From contig CAJINV010000004.1 in assembly GCA_905178155.1 (NCBI GenBank), forward strand, positions 10,001,546-10,065,545: a stretch of 64,000 nucleotides of DNA. The letters run 5' to 3'. Shown here one piece after another: positions 39,001 through 49,678 of the stretch. A program made the position numbers and the translations under genes. Origin of the DNA: Amoebophrya sp. A120 (lineage: Eukaryota; Protista; Dinoflagellata). The notes beneath the pieces were generated by a model, which saw only the letters and a list, made by a program, of their open reading frames with translations, had not been told where the DNA came from and searched no databases. How positions within the stretch are numbered: the first letter of the stretch is position 1; each line of letters opens with the position of its first letter.

Positions 39001-42000
39001 AGTCTCGTCGTCGTTACCCGAACAAGAGGCACATCAACATCACCACGCCGCCGCACAGAACGCGAACAGCCGGAATTTGCCGCCAAGGGACTTTTATCCA
39101 GTGCAAAAGTATCGTACTCGTATAAATGCAAGTCTTGCATCACAAATCTTGTTCCCAAGGCAAATCAGCATTACAAATTTTATTTCTCATGCTGAGGAAA
39201 TTTGTAATGCATTTATACGAGTACGATGCTTTTGCAGTTCATAACTTTTTTGGCAACTTTGAGAAGTGCATTGTGGACAAGCACGCGAGGGGTTTTCTGA
39301 AGATATCAAATGTAAAAATGTCTGGGTCTGGAAGATTGCAACTTGTCATGCTAAATCTGCAGCATGCAAAAATCTGCGTTGCATGATTACCAAAAGTCGT
39401 CCAGTTTTGACCAAGTCGGGAGGTAGTTTCTCATGCAGGATAGGCATTAGAAAGGTCTCGTAGAATCTGTCATGCTAGGTCCTGCATTCCAGACCTCATG
39501 GGTCACAGAAAAGCAGCATGACAAGTCGCGCACTCTTCCAGACCGAGACATTTTTACAATCCATAGAAGACGAGGATAAACAACTTCATGCAGAAGGTGC
39601 GGACCATTGGCAAGATGATGGACGTGGACGCAAGCCGGAAAAAGTTGCTCGCAGAGCAGGACACGATTTGTCAGTCCTTGGCCAACCAGTACCTGTGGGC
39701 GGAAAGGGAGATCCAGCGGCTGCCGGCGAACGGGGACCAAATAAAGCTCCCGCTCGGAAAGATCTTGTCTATCAACTGTAAAAATGTCTGGGTCTGGAAA
39801 AGTGCAACTTGTCATGCTAAATCTGAAACTGAATCATACAAAAATCTGCGTTGCATGATTACCAATTAGGCTGTTCACTTTTGAGAAGGCCGAGAGGCAG
39901 TTTCTCATGCGGAAAAGGCATGGTAAAGATCTCACAGAATCTGTGATGCTACGGCATGCATCACAGACCTCACACGTCATGCAAAACCTGCGTCACAAGT
40001 CTGGCACTCTTCCAGACCCAGACATTTTTGCAATCCATATTGTCCCAAAATCTGCAAAAGGAACTCCACTTTTACATCCACGCGCTCCACGAATGCCGAA
40101 AGTGGGCTCCACGGTATGAAAAGGAAAAATCCCCCCTCCCCATATCAAAAAGGAAATCTGTGATGCTGGATTTGCGTACACAAATCAGATTTGTATTGCA
40201 GGAGGGCGTTCTTGCGGCCAGATCCCCAGGCTAGGTAGGGGCGTATGGGTCTAGTTGTTCAGCATTGCAAACGGCTGACCTTTAGGCCCAACAGCATGGC
40301 AAATCGCTTCCATAATGGGGCGGAAGCTTCTGCCCTTGTCTTCTTGCAAGACAAATGTGATCTCTGACCTCAAATCAGCAACGCAAATTTTCGAAAAGAT
40401 ACGTTTTCGATATGGGGAGGGGGGATTTTTCCTCTCAATAAACGGGGAACGGTGTTTCCGCCCCCACCGCCGCTCCCGTTGATTTTGGCGAACCACAAGC
40501 CGGTCGGGGAGCATCCGCCCGGATTTCAAAACGCGTCGAACATTGTGTTGGTACAGTCAGGACGAGCACCTGGTGCTCCTGCAGGGGAGGTGGGAGGTGC
40601 AGCTCCCGGTACTACAGGCGCGGCTGCTGCAACAGCGGGAGGTGGTACTGCTGCTCCAGCATCTTCATCTTCTTCTTCCCAGCACTTCACGCCAGCCGTG
40701 CTTCCCCCGCCGGGCCACGCGCCAATGAGGCCCCCTCCGTCAAGTTCCGCTCGTGCTTGGACCGCGCCGCAACAGCCCCCAGCCGTTGCTCCAGAGCAGC
40801 AGTTGCCGTACCCTTTTCTCCCCGCGAGTGATCCGGCCAACCAGATAATTATCGACGACCCAGCAGGAGGTGGTGGTGGTGCAGGAGGAGCTCCAGCAGG
40901 TGCACCACCTCTTGTACTCCCTATACCATCGGTCGCGGCACAAGTTGCTGCACCAGTCCCAGCTGCCGTCAACACAAATGCAACTGCGAATGGAGCAGGT
41001 ACTACTCAGCAGGTCAAATCGCTCAAGAACCAGATGAAGGCGAAGAGTGGGTTTCGCGGGACAGACAATCCGAACAACATTCCACTAGACAAGAGTATTT
41101 CCATCGAGGAGAACATCGCGCAGCGGGATCTGAAAAACGGAATTATTCAGAGCAAGGGAGACGAAAAGACCGTCGCAGGAGCAGGAGCCAGCACGGGAGC
41201 TGCCGCAGCCCAATCTGCGTCGCAGTCGAAACAAACGACTACAGCCGCGGCCTCTAGTAGTGGCGCAGCAGCTGTAGCAGCAGCTTCCTCTAGTACAACG
41301 ACCGCTGCTCCCGTCCCTCAGCAACAGCTAAAACTCTCCTCCAACATGCAGAAGCAGCTAAAGGAAAACGCGAAGAGTCTGATTTTCGTTCCCAAAGAGG
41401 CGCAGGCGAGGAAGAAGAAAACCGTGGATTGCCACTGTTTCGAGGTTATCAAATGCAAAAATGTTCTCATGTCTGGTTCTGGAAGAATGCGAGACTTGTA
41501 TTGCTGAACTCGTATGCCCCTAGACTCTGTGATGCATGTTATGGAATAGCGCCAACCCTCTGTCATGCAAAAACGCGATTTCTCATGCGGGTTACGCACA
41601 ACATAACCGCTCAGACATTTCTGATGCGTAGCTGCGTATTGGAGTCAGTTTGCGACGCATGTGTTAGCATCACAAATTTCCAGACTTGTTATCAGACATA
41701 TTTGCATTTGATAGAGGTCCAGCTGGAAAATCAAAGACGGAAATTCGTGGTTTTGGATCAAGACCTCGCCAACATGATCCTCCAGGTCCGCCAACCGTTG
41801 AAGGCGTTTCTTTCCATGACCATGGGGGCCGCCCCGGAGCAGATGATGTCCTCCGCTGTGGTGCGGCAAATTTACGCGCGGTTGCAGCACATTTTCCTCC
41901 TTTCCTACGCCAGTTACGACCCGCCGGAATTCTCGACACAACTTTGCAAGGATCTCGTGCACGAAACGCAGGAGAAGAGGGGGATAGTTTCTACTTCATC

Positions 42001-43193
42001 TACTTCCGGGGGCCAACAGGAGTTGGACTTCCTGGATCACTGGGGGCAGGTTCCGTTGTTAAACGAAACGGAGGAAGACCGGGCGTATTACGAGAAGAAA
42101 AGAGGTGAGTACCACTTGAAGACCGAGGAAACGGTGGATATGTTGTACCCGAAAATACGAAGTTGTGTCGCGGAAAACAGTGGTTTGAAGACCGCAGATG
42201 GTGACATGATCAAAAGTGGCGAACAAGCGACTAGTTCTGCGAAGCAGGCGGATGAGAAGATGAAGGACAACACCAACATCAAAGACCCCGATGAAGACCT
42301 TCATCTCGACCTGTACTTCCCAGAAACGGAGGACTCCGACGCGATCGAGAGCAAAAAGAAGCAGCAGCTGAAGCAAATCCGGAAGAAGCGGAAAATATCC
42401 TGTGCAAAAGTATCGCACTCGTATTGCAATCATGCATATACAAATGTTTTTCTCAGAGTAAATCCGCATTGCAAATTTTATTGCTCATGCTGAGGGAATT
42501 TGTCTTGCATTTATACGAGTGCGATACTTTTGCAGTTCATAGAAAAAACTTCTGAACAAGGATTTTTTCGGCACCAATACTGGAAATGAGGAACCACATC
42601 AACAAGGGGACACGGTATTATACGGGGCGCCTGCGGCAGGTGCTACTGAAGGAACAAACAGAGAGAAAAAGGACAAAAAGGAGAAAAAAAAGAGCAAAAA
42701 AGAGACACTCGTCGACTCCATCGACGCGGTTAAAAACAACGAAAACCCATACGAGCAACAGACTAAAGCAAAACCATCTCTGCAACTACACACGGCCCCC
42801 TCGCTCTTCGCGCATCACCCCGGGGCGCCCACGGCTTTGTGGCATCAGTCGTTGTTGAGTGATCCACACCGACCGGCGGTCGTGCCTCACTCGACCTCAT
42901 CACTGGATCCGGCTGCGGTGTATAACTACGGAACTACTGCTGGCACTGCTCCGGGCGCCGGTCCGGGCTCTTTATTCCGACCGGTAAGTGGCGTTCTACC
43001 TGTGCCTGCACCGAATGTTCTTGCACCACCAGCATCCGGGGGTGGTGCTGCCTCTTCAACGTCGAAAACGAAATGGAAATACACTGGAACCGACGCGGTG
43101 CAACGGAAAGCGCCGGAGATTTTCCCCAGCGCGGAGGAGCTCCAGGGAATTACGTCACCGCACAGGACGGAAATGAACCCCTTTGCTTTCTGA
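9050..43193 (+). CDS. Giant (~7,090 aa) DEAH/RHA (DHX29/36/57-like) RNA-helicase-like protein with RS-rich N-terminus, 37 exons
   Basis: Exons (left TSD copy kept): 9050-11461, 11683-12512, 13504-13537, 13762-13875, 14040-14076, 14337-14414, 14565-15013, 15752-16177, 19892-19927, 20196-20645, ~20808-22424, 22587-25302, 25630-25714, 25889-26034, 26348-26400, 26712-28484, 28752-28819, 29115-30111, 30267-30363, 30557-31524, 31676-32308, 32462-33428, 33686-33734, 33894-33936, 34153-34198, 34422-34464, 34705-35027, 35255-35337, 35488-37282, 37600-38164, 38416-39094, 39249-39303, 39571-39769, 40045-40114, 40446-41446, 41719-42395, 42547-43193. Total 21,261 nt, divisible by 3, and every junction is in frame. 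Motifs: GPAGCGKSTQIP, VGNSVGY, VIIDELQ, GTVLIILPTW, RKVILAT..TIEDVVYVLDSG, GIVFRLYS, HA2-like VTPLGWRINLLPV.PRIGLLLIQG. Confidence 0.75.
11462..11677. mobile_element. Introner family B
   Basis: TIR TATGAAAGTGCACAACTCC..CCCCCTCATTTGT; TSD CGGCT/CGGCT. Confidence 0.9.
12758..12779 (+). other. Dinoflagellate spliced leader (DinoSL) relic
   Basis: TCCGTAGCCATTTTGGCTCAAG is an exact match to the 22-nt DinoSL consensus DCCGTAGCCATTTTGGCTCAAG. Confidence 0.95.
12762..13451 (+). mobile_element. SL-headed, poly(A)-tailed retroposed RNA (retrocopy or SINE-like element)
   Basis: SL at the 5' end, A9 at 13447-13455, TSD AAAATCCG at 12754-12761 and 13452-13459. Absent from sibling family C copies. Confidence 0.8.
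13538..13756. mobile_element. Introner family B
   Basis: TSD AGGAG/AGGAA. Confidence 0.85.
13876..14034. mobile_element. Introner family A
   Basis: TSD CCCAC/CCCAC. Confidence 0.9.
14077..14331. mobile_element. Introner family D
   Basis: TIR TAT-N4-TGCAAAA.TGTCTGGGTCTGGAAG; TSD GCACC/GCACC. Confidence 0.9.
14415..14559. mobile_element. Introner family A
   Basis: TSD GAAGC/GAAGC. Confidence 0.9.
15014..15746. mobile_element. Long introner family E with an internal ~73-bp tandem array
   Basis: TIR TATG..GGGAGGGGGAAAAGAAAGATCATCCC with its inverse at ~15711-15746. TSD eroded (ACAGC/TCCCT), but element+5 restores the frame into ATG 15845. Confidence 0.8.
15240..15670. repeat. ~73-bp degenerate tandem repeat, 6 copies
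   Basis: CAATAAAAATAAAATTTTGAAATTTCGCGGATTC-like core at 15263, 15336, 15409, 15483, 15555 and ~15637. Confidence 0.8.
16204..19749. mobile_element. Non-autonomous foldback DNA transposon, (CG)n-rich arms, 8-bp TSD
   Basis: TSD CGTATTCG at 16196-16203 and 19750-19757. ~130-bp near-perfect TIR (~16216-16347 vs ~19608-19736). Inner IR pairs 16940-16970/19054-19084 and 17192-17234/18830-18872. Confidence 0.85.
17478..18440. repeat. ~18-bp GC-rich minisatellite (GGGGCCGCCGCTGACTAA-like) in the foldback centre
   Basis: Dozens of degenerate GCCGCCGCTGAC units, decaying to ~18770. Confidence 0.85.
19928..20190. mobile_element. Introner family D (reverse orientation)
   Basis: TSD TGGAA/TGGAA. Confidence 0.9.
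20646..20807. other. Intron with ambiguous boundaries (eroded introner, or GT-AG 20631-20813)
   Basis: Stop-containing AT-rich gap between in-frame ORFs. TAT..ATA present but no clear TSD; GT at 20631 with CAG ending 20813 also keeps the frame. Confidence 0.5.
22425..22581. mobile_element. Introner family F
   Basis: TIR ..AAATTTCCCGTAC; TSD ACCAG/ACCAG; left end TAT>TAG. Confidence 0.85.
25303..25624. mobile_element. Introner family G
   Basis: TIR ..AGGAAAAATC..CCCCATAT; TSD GACGA/GACGA; ends TAC/ATC. Confidence 0.85.
25715..25883. mobile_element. Introner family F (opposite orientation to 22425)
   Basis: TSD AAGCA/AAGCA. Confidence 0.9.
26035..26342. mobile_element. Introner, family C-like TIR
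   Basis: TIR TAT..GAAAAATACCCCCACCCCA / TGGGAGTAGGGGCATTTTTC..ATA; TSD GGAGC/GGAGC. Confidence 0.85.
26401..26706. mobile_element. Introner family H
   Basis: TIR TATGAAAGCCTCAG..AATCCTCAAAGTGGAAATA; TSD CGGAG/CGGAG. Confidence 0.9.
28485..28746. mobile_element. Introner family D
   Basis: TSD CGATG/CGATG. Confidence 0.9.
28820..29109. mobile_element. Introner family C
   Basis: TSD GCTGT/GCTGT. Confidence 0.9.
30112..30261. mobile_element. Introner family A
   Basis: TSD GGAAG/GGAAG. Confidence 0.9.
30364..30551. mobile_element. Introner family I
   Basis: TIR ..AAAAAGTGTTAACGTTAACGG; TSD CCACC/TCACC. Confidence 0.85.
31525..31670. mobile_element. Introner family A
   Basis: TSD AATAT/AATAT. 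Confidence 0.9.
32309..32456. mobile_element. Introner family A
   Basis: TSD TGTTG/TGTTG. Confidence 0.9.
33429..33680. mobile_element. Introner family D-type TIR
   Basis: TSD GAACG/GAACG. Confidence 0.9.
33735..33888. mobile_element. Introner family A
   Basis: TSD TTGGA/TTGGA. Confidence 0.9.
33937..34147. mobile_element. Introner family I-like
   Basis: TIR ..AAGAAAAAAGTGTTACAGTTACACATT; TSD TCCGG/TCCGG. Confidence 0.9.
34199..34416. mobile_element. Introner family B
   Basis: TSD CGTCC/CGTGC. Confidence 0.85.
34465..34699. mobile_element. Introner family J
   Basis: TIR TATGG..TCTCAA..GTTACATTCTCAACTGTTACATGA; TSD TCCTC/TCCTC. Confidence 0.9.
35028..35249. mobile_element. Introner family B
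   Basis: TSD CGAGA/CGAGA; right end ATA>ATT. Confidence 0.9.
35338..35482. mobile_element. Introner family A
   Basis: TSD CGACG/CGAAG. Confidence 0.85.
37283..37594. mobile_element. Introner family G
   Basis: TSD GTTCA/GTTAA. Confidence 0.85.
38165..38410. mobile_element. Introner family F-type TIR
   Basis: TSD GCTGA/GCTGA. Confidence 0.85.
39095..39243. mobile_element. Introner family A
   Basis: TSD ACTTT/ACTTT. Confidence 0.9.
39304..39565. mobile_element. Introner family D
   Basis: TSD GAAGA/GAAGA. Confidence 0.9.
39770..40039. mobile_element. Introner family D
   Basis: TSD TTGTC/TTGTC. Confidence 0.9.
40115..40440. mobile_element. Introner family G
   Basis: TSD CACGG/AACGG. Confidence 0.85.
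41447..41713. mobile_element. Introner family D-type TIR
   Basis: TSD GAGGT/GAGGT. Confidence 0.85.
42396..42541. mobile_element. Introner family A
   Basis: TSD GAAAA/GAAAA. Confidence 0.9.
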
Positions 43194-44682
43194 GCAGCGG
43201 GATGAGAATCGGTGATGTGGGCAAGGCTTCGAGTGAAGATGCAAGGGTAGTGCGAAGATGTAGATGATCCGAATGAAAGATAAGTTGAAAAAAAAATGAA
43301 AAACACAAAAAATTATGCCATTACTCTACTTATTTTCTATGCGCATGACGACACACCGATACCTCGAGTGGGGGCCCTCGCTCTAGGGGGTCCAGTCTAA
43401 TCGACAGTTGTTTCGAGCTTTTCGGCTTCACGAGAAGAATGAAATTTCCGTGAGATCGCGAGGACGTAACACGGCGACGCCTGCTAATGGTACTGGCTGA
43501 GCTTGAGATTGAGTAGTTCGTTCTGAAGGTAGCAAGAACACGCAAAACCAAAAACGATGTCAATTTTAAGGCGTGTATCTGCCTGTCAGTACTACACGTT
43601 CGCGCCGGTGGTCTTTGCGAATCTATGACGCTACAAAGAAGGAGTTTGTTGATGAAAATTAAAGTCGACATTGTACAACTACAGATCTCTCGGAGCAGGG
43701 CTTATGCTTCTCTATTTTTTTCTGTTGTAAGAACATAGATCACCAACGTGGTTCTCGTGTTCTTTCTCTTTTATCTTTTTCCACAGCGCAACTTCGTTTT
43801 CGTTTCTGTTTCTGATAACTTCTGCATCTATTTGTTTCGCTCGCAGGGGGTCCACTGTCTATTTTTGATTCTGATCAACACGAAGATCATGCTCTGGAAT
43901 AAAACAAATGTAAGAAGTGGAACACGCGCAACCAGCTGGACTACTTCCGCAGAAGATCCTTTCTTCAAGAGATCTAGAGTAGGCTGTTTTTCTGGCACGA
44001 CGGGCACCTCCGTCCTCCAGCTCCTGGAGATGCTCCAACAGGAGGGATCACGGACATGATGGAGGTCTTCTACATCTTTCTACTGCCCACCTGCGTTATT
44101 TGCCCTAACAGATAGCTCTATAGAAGAGCGACAAGCAAACACGTGCGTCCTCGGCGTTAAACTTGCATCTTGCAGAAACCGACACACTACCAGATAGGCC
44201 TCGGTAGTTCATGGAGGTGAAAATTTTCAAGTTATCATAACGACAAAAACATTCATAAACGACAATACGACCCTTTCGCTCATGGAAAGGACCAGTCCGC
44301 TCACACGTGCACAACGCTATAAACACAAATAGGATTTTCATTCAACTTTTCATCAGCCACGTTTTATTCATCATCGAGTCCCCTGGTCACGATTCCGAAG
44401 TTAAGTAGTGATTGCTCATAGAAGAAGATTTTATTCTGAAGAACCATAGCTAGGGCTAGTGCGACCATTGCTGAAGGAGCTCCAGTTCAGTGAGCCATAA
44501 CCTGAAGGATAGTAAAAGTTCAGTGAGTCACAACCTGAATAAAGATAAAATACATCTGTATTTCTATTTGCATTCCTAAAATTTCATGATCTCCACCTGC
44601 AGCTACCGCGCAAGCTCATCTTCATCTGGCTTCATTGCCAAAAAGCTGCTGCTGTTTTTTCCCGTATAATTATCCCGTAAAA

Positions 44683-46151
44683 ATGGGCGAGACCCTGCGG
44701 TCCGTGACACCGAACCTCGTGGAGTTGTTCGAGATGCTGGGCGACTGCACAACCGAGGACATTGATGAATTGACGAGGTTTCTGAAGCTCCTCCTCCGTG
44801 GACGGGTCACGACTGGGCCAGCGGCCAACGCAAACCTGAACAGTGGTGGGGGTTCAAGTAACTTCAAAAACTTCGCCAACCCGGCGGCATCCTCGAGTAT
44901 TTTTAAAACTCGTACTGTCATCTGGTGTCATTTGTCGCTCATCATGTTCATGATCATGATCACCCCTGGCAGTACTACCCCGTCTAGGCTTTGTTTACAT
45001 ATTCTTGTTGAATCGGCGGCCCGAGATGTTCAGATCACTCGTCATCTCCCTGGTCTTTCACAGTCGAAGAACGTAATCTACCTGTTGGTGTTCATGCTAG
45101 ACCTAGATGAAATAATTTCGATGAACAAAATTCTGTACTCCTTTTCGAAATGATATCCACTCCAAACAGGGGAAACTACCGGCGCCGAATGGCCCCCGCG
45201 AATCCCGGCGCCGACGCAGCGCGCCTCCCCTTACGGGTTGGTGCCCTTCGACCACCTGGCGCCGCAACAGGGGGGTGGCAGCGCGCCGAGTAGTGCGCGG
45301 AAAGGCGGCAAGGGCGGGGCGGTGAAGGATAATGTGGGGGGCAGTGCCGCGAAAGGAGGCAGCAACAATGGGACTACGTTGAGGAAGGTGCAGAATCCGA
45401 GTCCAGAATACAATTTCCACGGGCGACCAGTGGATCAGGGAGAGGTAGACGAGGTGATGACAAAACTGCAAGCGGCCGGTATACGACCCATAGCACCTGA
45501 TTGACTTTGAGTTTGATTTGAAAACGTAAATCTGCACGACAGCAATGTCCTGCTGCCGTGCTCTAGGTAGAAGCGCTAGCGGTAGTATATTGGCATCAGA
45601 ACTTGAGTTTGACAATGCAAAAATGTAAAAAAGATGAAGAGGATAATTTCATCCCCGCTTTAATATTTCGTACTGTCACAGGATCGCTCGACGAGTGCAA
45701 GAAAGCGATGCTCCACTGCCAAGACGACGAACGTTTAAAATACGCCTGCTACGCGATTTTTGGCAAACGGTGTCGCAATTGCTACTTGATGGGCCTTTCC
45801 TGGCAGAATTTGCCGAGTCATACCGTGGCGGAATGCAAGGCGCTCGGAAATCCGTGCATGATCGAGTGCCGAAATTGCCCGGGGGAAAGCCCACACTGGC
45901 TGGATGACTGCCCGAAAAAGGGTCCCGGGAAAGGCACGCACAGGCATAGACAGCATATGAATTGGAAAAGTATCGTACTCGTATAAATGCATTACAAATT
46001 TCCTCAGCATGAAAAATAAAACTTGTAATGCTGATTTACGTTAAGAAAAATATTTGTAATGCATGACTGCAATACGAATGCGATACTTTTGCGCAGGAGA
46101 CAGCCGCTGGTGGAGCAAAGCGTCGGGGGTTCCAATTATGACGTTGACTAG
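44683..46151 (+). CDS. Protein with two CCHC zinc-knuckle-like motifs (4 exons)
   Basis: ATG 44683. Intron 1 ~44897-45169 (GT-AG, or TAT..ATA 44898-45155); intron 2 GT-AG 45479-45681; introner 45956-46100. Motifs CRNC-X12-H-X4-C and CRNC-X5-H-X4-C; stop TAG ends at 46151. Confidence 0.6.
45956..46100. mobile_element. Introner family A
   Basis: TSD CAGCA/CAGCC; right end ATA>AGA. Confidence 0.85.
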
Positions 46152-47078
46152 TAAATAAAAGTGGCACTTCAACATCCTGCTGATGGACGAAAATAAACGA
46201 GAAAGAAATGCTAAAAGTGAAAGCCAGAAAAATATCGCAGCACAGCGCACGTTTGTGTTTGTCCTGTTAAGAACGCAGCATGACAAGTACATAGAATCGA
46301 TCTCCGTGTTGTTCGTCTGTGTCGCTACAAATAAAGAACGAAAATGCACGACTCCTACACAGTCTCGGTTGTTTTGAGAATGTGAATGTTTGAAAATGAG
46401 AGCGTGTCGGTCGTCCTTGTCTCGGAACTTTTTTGCCTTTGCGGAATGCAGCAACGCTGCTCACGATCGGAAATGCGAGCTAGCAATTGATGTACTCTGT
46501 GCCTGTGGCTGTGGTCGAGAACGAGACAAAGAAATAAATTTGAAGTCCGAGATTTAACTTTACAAAAGCCAGCGAGATCTAAATCGTACGTAGCGGAAAT
46601 TCAAATTATACTTTGATTTGTCGTATGTTCTCTGCCTTGCTTTGCATCTGCTCAAAAAAACAAAATGAATTCTGAATCCCTACCTCTCACCCCCAGGTGC
46701 TTAAAGGAGACAAGCAACTGAAAAAGCTACCCGTACAACCCGTTAGCCCAAATACATACTTGTTGACACGAAATACTAGCATAAGTACGACAGAGCATAA
46801 GAAAATACGACAACGAACTCCTACCCACAAGAAACTACCGTATTATTCCATCTATCACGACGACCTGTACTGGCACCTTGTATTAGTGTAGCGAAGAGTA
46901 TTTTTCCCTGATAATTTCCGATCGCCAGCACGAGATTTTCTTTTTTTTCAGAGTTGCCCTCTATTAGGAGAAGTCGCACAAGAGAACTGTAGTTGCAGTT
47001 CAAGTGATCGATTGACAGTCCTTTTTTTTTTCACCTTCTGTTCCTAGATCTTGTGCATCAAGAAGCATATACAAAGCC

Positions 47079-48387
47079 ATGTTCATCCAATCCCGACGAG
47101 CGGCTGCGGACTTGGTCCTGCGCACCACAGCGGGCTGCAGTAGAACGTTGACGACATCAACCTCAACAGCGGCACATCAAATATGCAGACCCGCACTTGT
47201 ATCAACATCTTTTCCAGGAGGTGGAGCACATAGTACGACAACCGCTTCCGCGATACAAACTCAGAAGCGCAATTACCACGAGGCCGTGATTGACCATTTT
47301 AACAATCCGAGAAACGTCGGGAAACTGGATAGCAAGAAGAAAAACGTCGGCTCCGCGCTGGTGGGGAAAGCGTCCTGTGGTGATGTGATTAAGTTACAAA
47401 TCGAGTATGCATTGCAAAAATGTCTGGGTCTGGAACATTCTAAATTTGTAATGCTGTCTCTGGATTCTGAAAAAATTTGTATTGCATGACGAGCAAGAGG
47501 ACTCCAATTTGTGCTACGCGGAGAGGGCGTTTCTCATGCGGTAGAGGTATCACAGAGCGCTCTAAAAATCTGTGATGCTACAGCATGCATCACAGACGTC
47601 GTGGGTCATGGAAAATATGCATGACAAATCTAGAAATCTTCCAGACCCAGACACTTATGCAATCCATATCGAGGTGGACGAAACGACTGGTCAGATCAAA
47701 GACGCCAAATTCAAGACCTTCGGCTGCGGCTCGGCCATTGCGTCCAGCAGCTTAGCCACGGAAATGATCCGCGGGAAGAAAATTGAGCAGGCGGCGCAGC
47801 TGAAAAACACGGACACTATGCATTGCAAAAGTATCGTACTCGTATAAATGCATTACAAATTTCTTCAGCATGAGAAATAAGATTTGTAATGCGGATTTAG
47901 CTTCAGAAAAAAATTTGTAATGCATGACTGCAATTACTACGAATGCGATACTTTTGCACAGGATAGACATTTCCCAGGAACTGAACCTCCCGCCCGTGAA
48001 AATCCACTGCTCGGTGCTGGCCGAGGAGGCGTATGCATTGCAAAAATGTCTGGGTCTGGAAGAATACAAACTTGTGATGCGCATTTCAGAACACAGAAAG
48101 ATCTCTCATGCATAGCTAGCAAAAGCTGCACACTTTCTGTCACCAAAATGGGGGATTTGTCATGCGGATTCGGCATGGCGGAAGCTTCTCGAAACCTCTG
48201 ATGCTAGAGCTTCCATGCCAAACCTTCTGCGTCATGCAAAAACGGCATGACTCTTCCAGACCCAGACATTTTTACATTTGATAGGGCAATCCAGGCGGCG
48301 ATTGACGACTACAAAAAGAAGCAGGGGAGCAGTAGTGAAAGTGGTGCACCTGCTGGGGAGCAGACGACCGCAGCGGCGGGGGCGTAG
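47079..48387 (+). CDS. iscU: Mitochondrial iron-sulfur cluster scaffold protein IscU/ISU (209 aa, 4 exons)
   Basis: Exons 47079-47405, 47674-47816, 47971-48031, 48289-48387. Motifs YHEAVIDHFNNPRNVG, GKASCGDVIKLQ, DAKFKTFGCGSAIASSS, LPPVKIHCSVLAE; S/T/R-rich presequence. Confidence 0.95.
47406..47668. mobile_element. Introner family D
   Basis: TSD TCGAG/TCGAG. Confidence 0.9.
47817..47965. mobile_element. Introner family A
   Basis: TSD GACAC/GACAT. Confidence 0.9.
48032..48283. mobile_element. Introner family D (sister of 14077)
   Basis: TSD AGGCG/GGGCA. Confidence 0.9.
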
Positions 48388-49678
48388 GGAGAAATATTAA
48401 ATGCACTTGATCATCTACTCGTTCGCTCAGAAGTTCTTCATCTTCATCTGCTTCTTGCCGCACCAGCTCCTGATTTGGTCACCGAAGAAGATGACAAACC
48501 CCGATGGTAGTTCGCGAACCTCTTCCTACTTTCCTTTCCCACGAAAATAATTTTCCACTCCCTCATGCTTCTATCTACCACGAACAACATCATGTGACAG
48601 ACAAGCTGCTAGTAGCAGCTGCTACGCGGTGCTGCGACATCAATCTCTCGTCGTCGTGCACTGCATGTGTAAAGACTTTATTTGAAGAAGAGCCCCCCGA
48701 AGCAGATCAAGCGTTGTGCCACATTTCTATCCTCTACTTCATCGACTACCTCTACCACAAGTGACAAGCGTCAGCACTGCTGCCGGATGATCATTCAAGA
48801 AGCATCTCCTTCTACAACCCGATGTAGGAACCGGTGGTACAACTACAAAGACAAAACACCACGAAGATGATCTAGATTTTGAGGAACAACTACAACTGCA
48901 ATCATGGTACACAAACTCAGTCCGCCAGTACGCCCGCGTGGTCCGGGTTCTTGTCGGTACAAACCTAGACAGGAGAACGCAGCTTTGATGCTGCCTCTCA
49001 CCTCGAACCTTCACATCGTGATTGCTCATAAACTACACGTAACCCGTATGAAAGATGAAGAAAAAAAAGAAGCAAAAACAAAATTATTGAAAGCTAGACA
49101 TTGAAGTCGGCGCTATGTCTGCAGAATTTTTTGGCTCCAATGCTGGATAAGTTGTTCCCCCTGATAGCGGCCGGTTTTTATACCAATTTTTGCAACATCA
49201 GCGATCACAATTTTCCGATATTACACATCATCATGTGTAGCTTGTTGGTGCTACTTTCTTGTTGGTTTTGAAGATTACTTATCCACCTTGTTCTAGATGA
49301 CCCGTGCACAAGTACGCGGAGCAGACCTCTTGTGGTTTTGGTGCACATCTCAGACGACATTAAAGATCTTTTTTTTTGCTTTTGCGTGCACGACCGTCGC
49401 TCTCGCTGAGATCCCGGATGATGAGAAGATGATGATCTCCATATGCATAGCTTTTTCGTTGCTGATGATCCGAGACATTTTTTGTTTTTCGTGTGATCCT
49501 GATCGTCACCCAGAAATGGTGAGAGTAAGACGGAGGCTGGAAATTCTAATTCAAGTAGCGAACAAGTAAAAACAAAAAGTTTTTTACAAAGCCCGAGAAA
49601 CCAACTACACCACGCTCGCTCCTGTGGCTGTGCTGCGAGTGAGCCAGTTAGTAGTTCTCCTATCTTCAAAACAAGGAC

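Noticed and set aside
9050-43193. Reading the region as many separate genes or as frameshifted pseudogenes
   Set aside because: Each ORF break coincides with an element or intron whose removal restores the frame, and the helicase motifs are colinear across the breaks.
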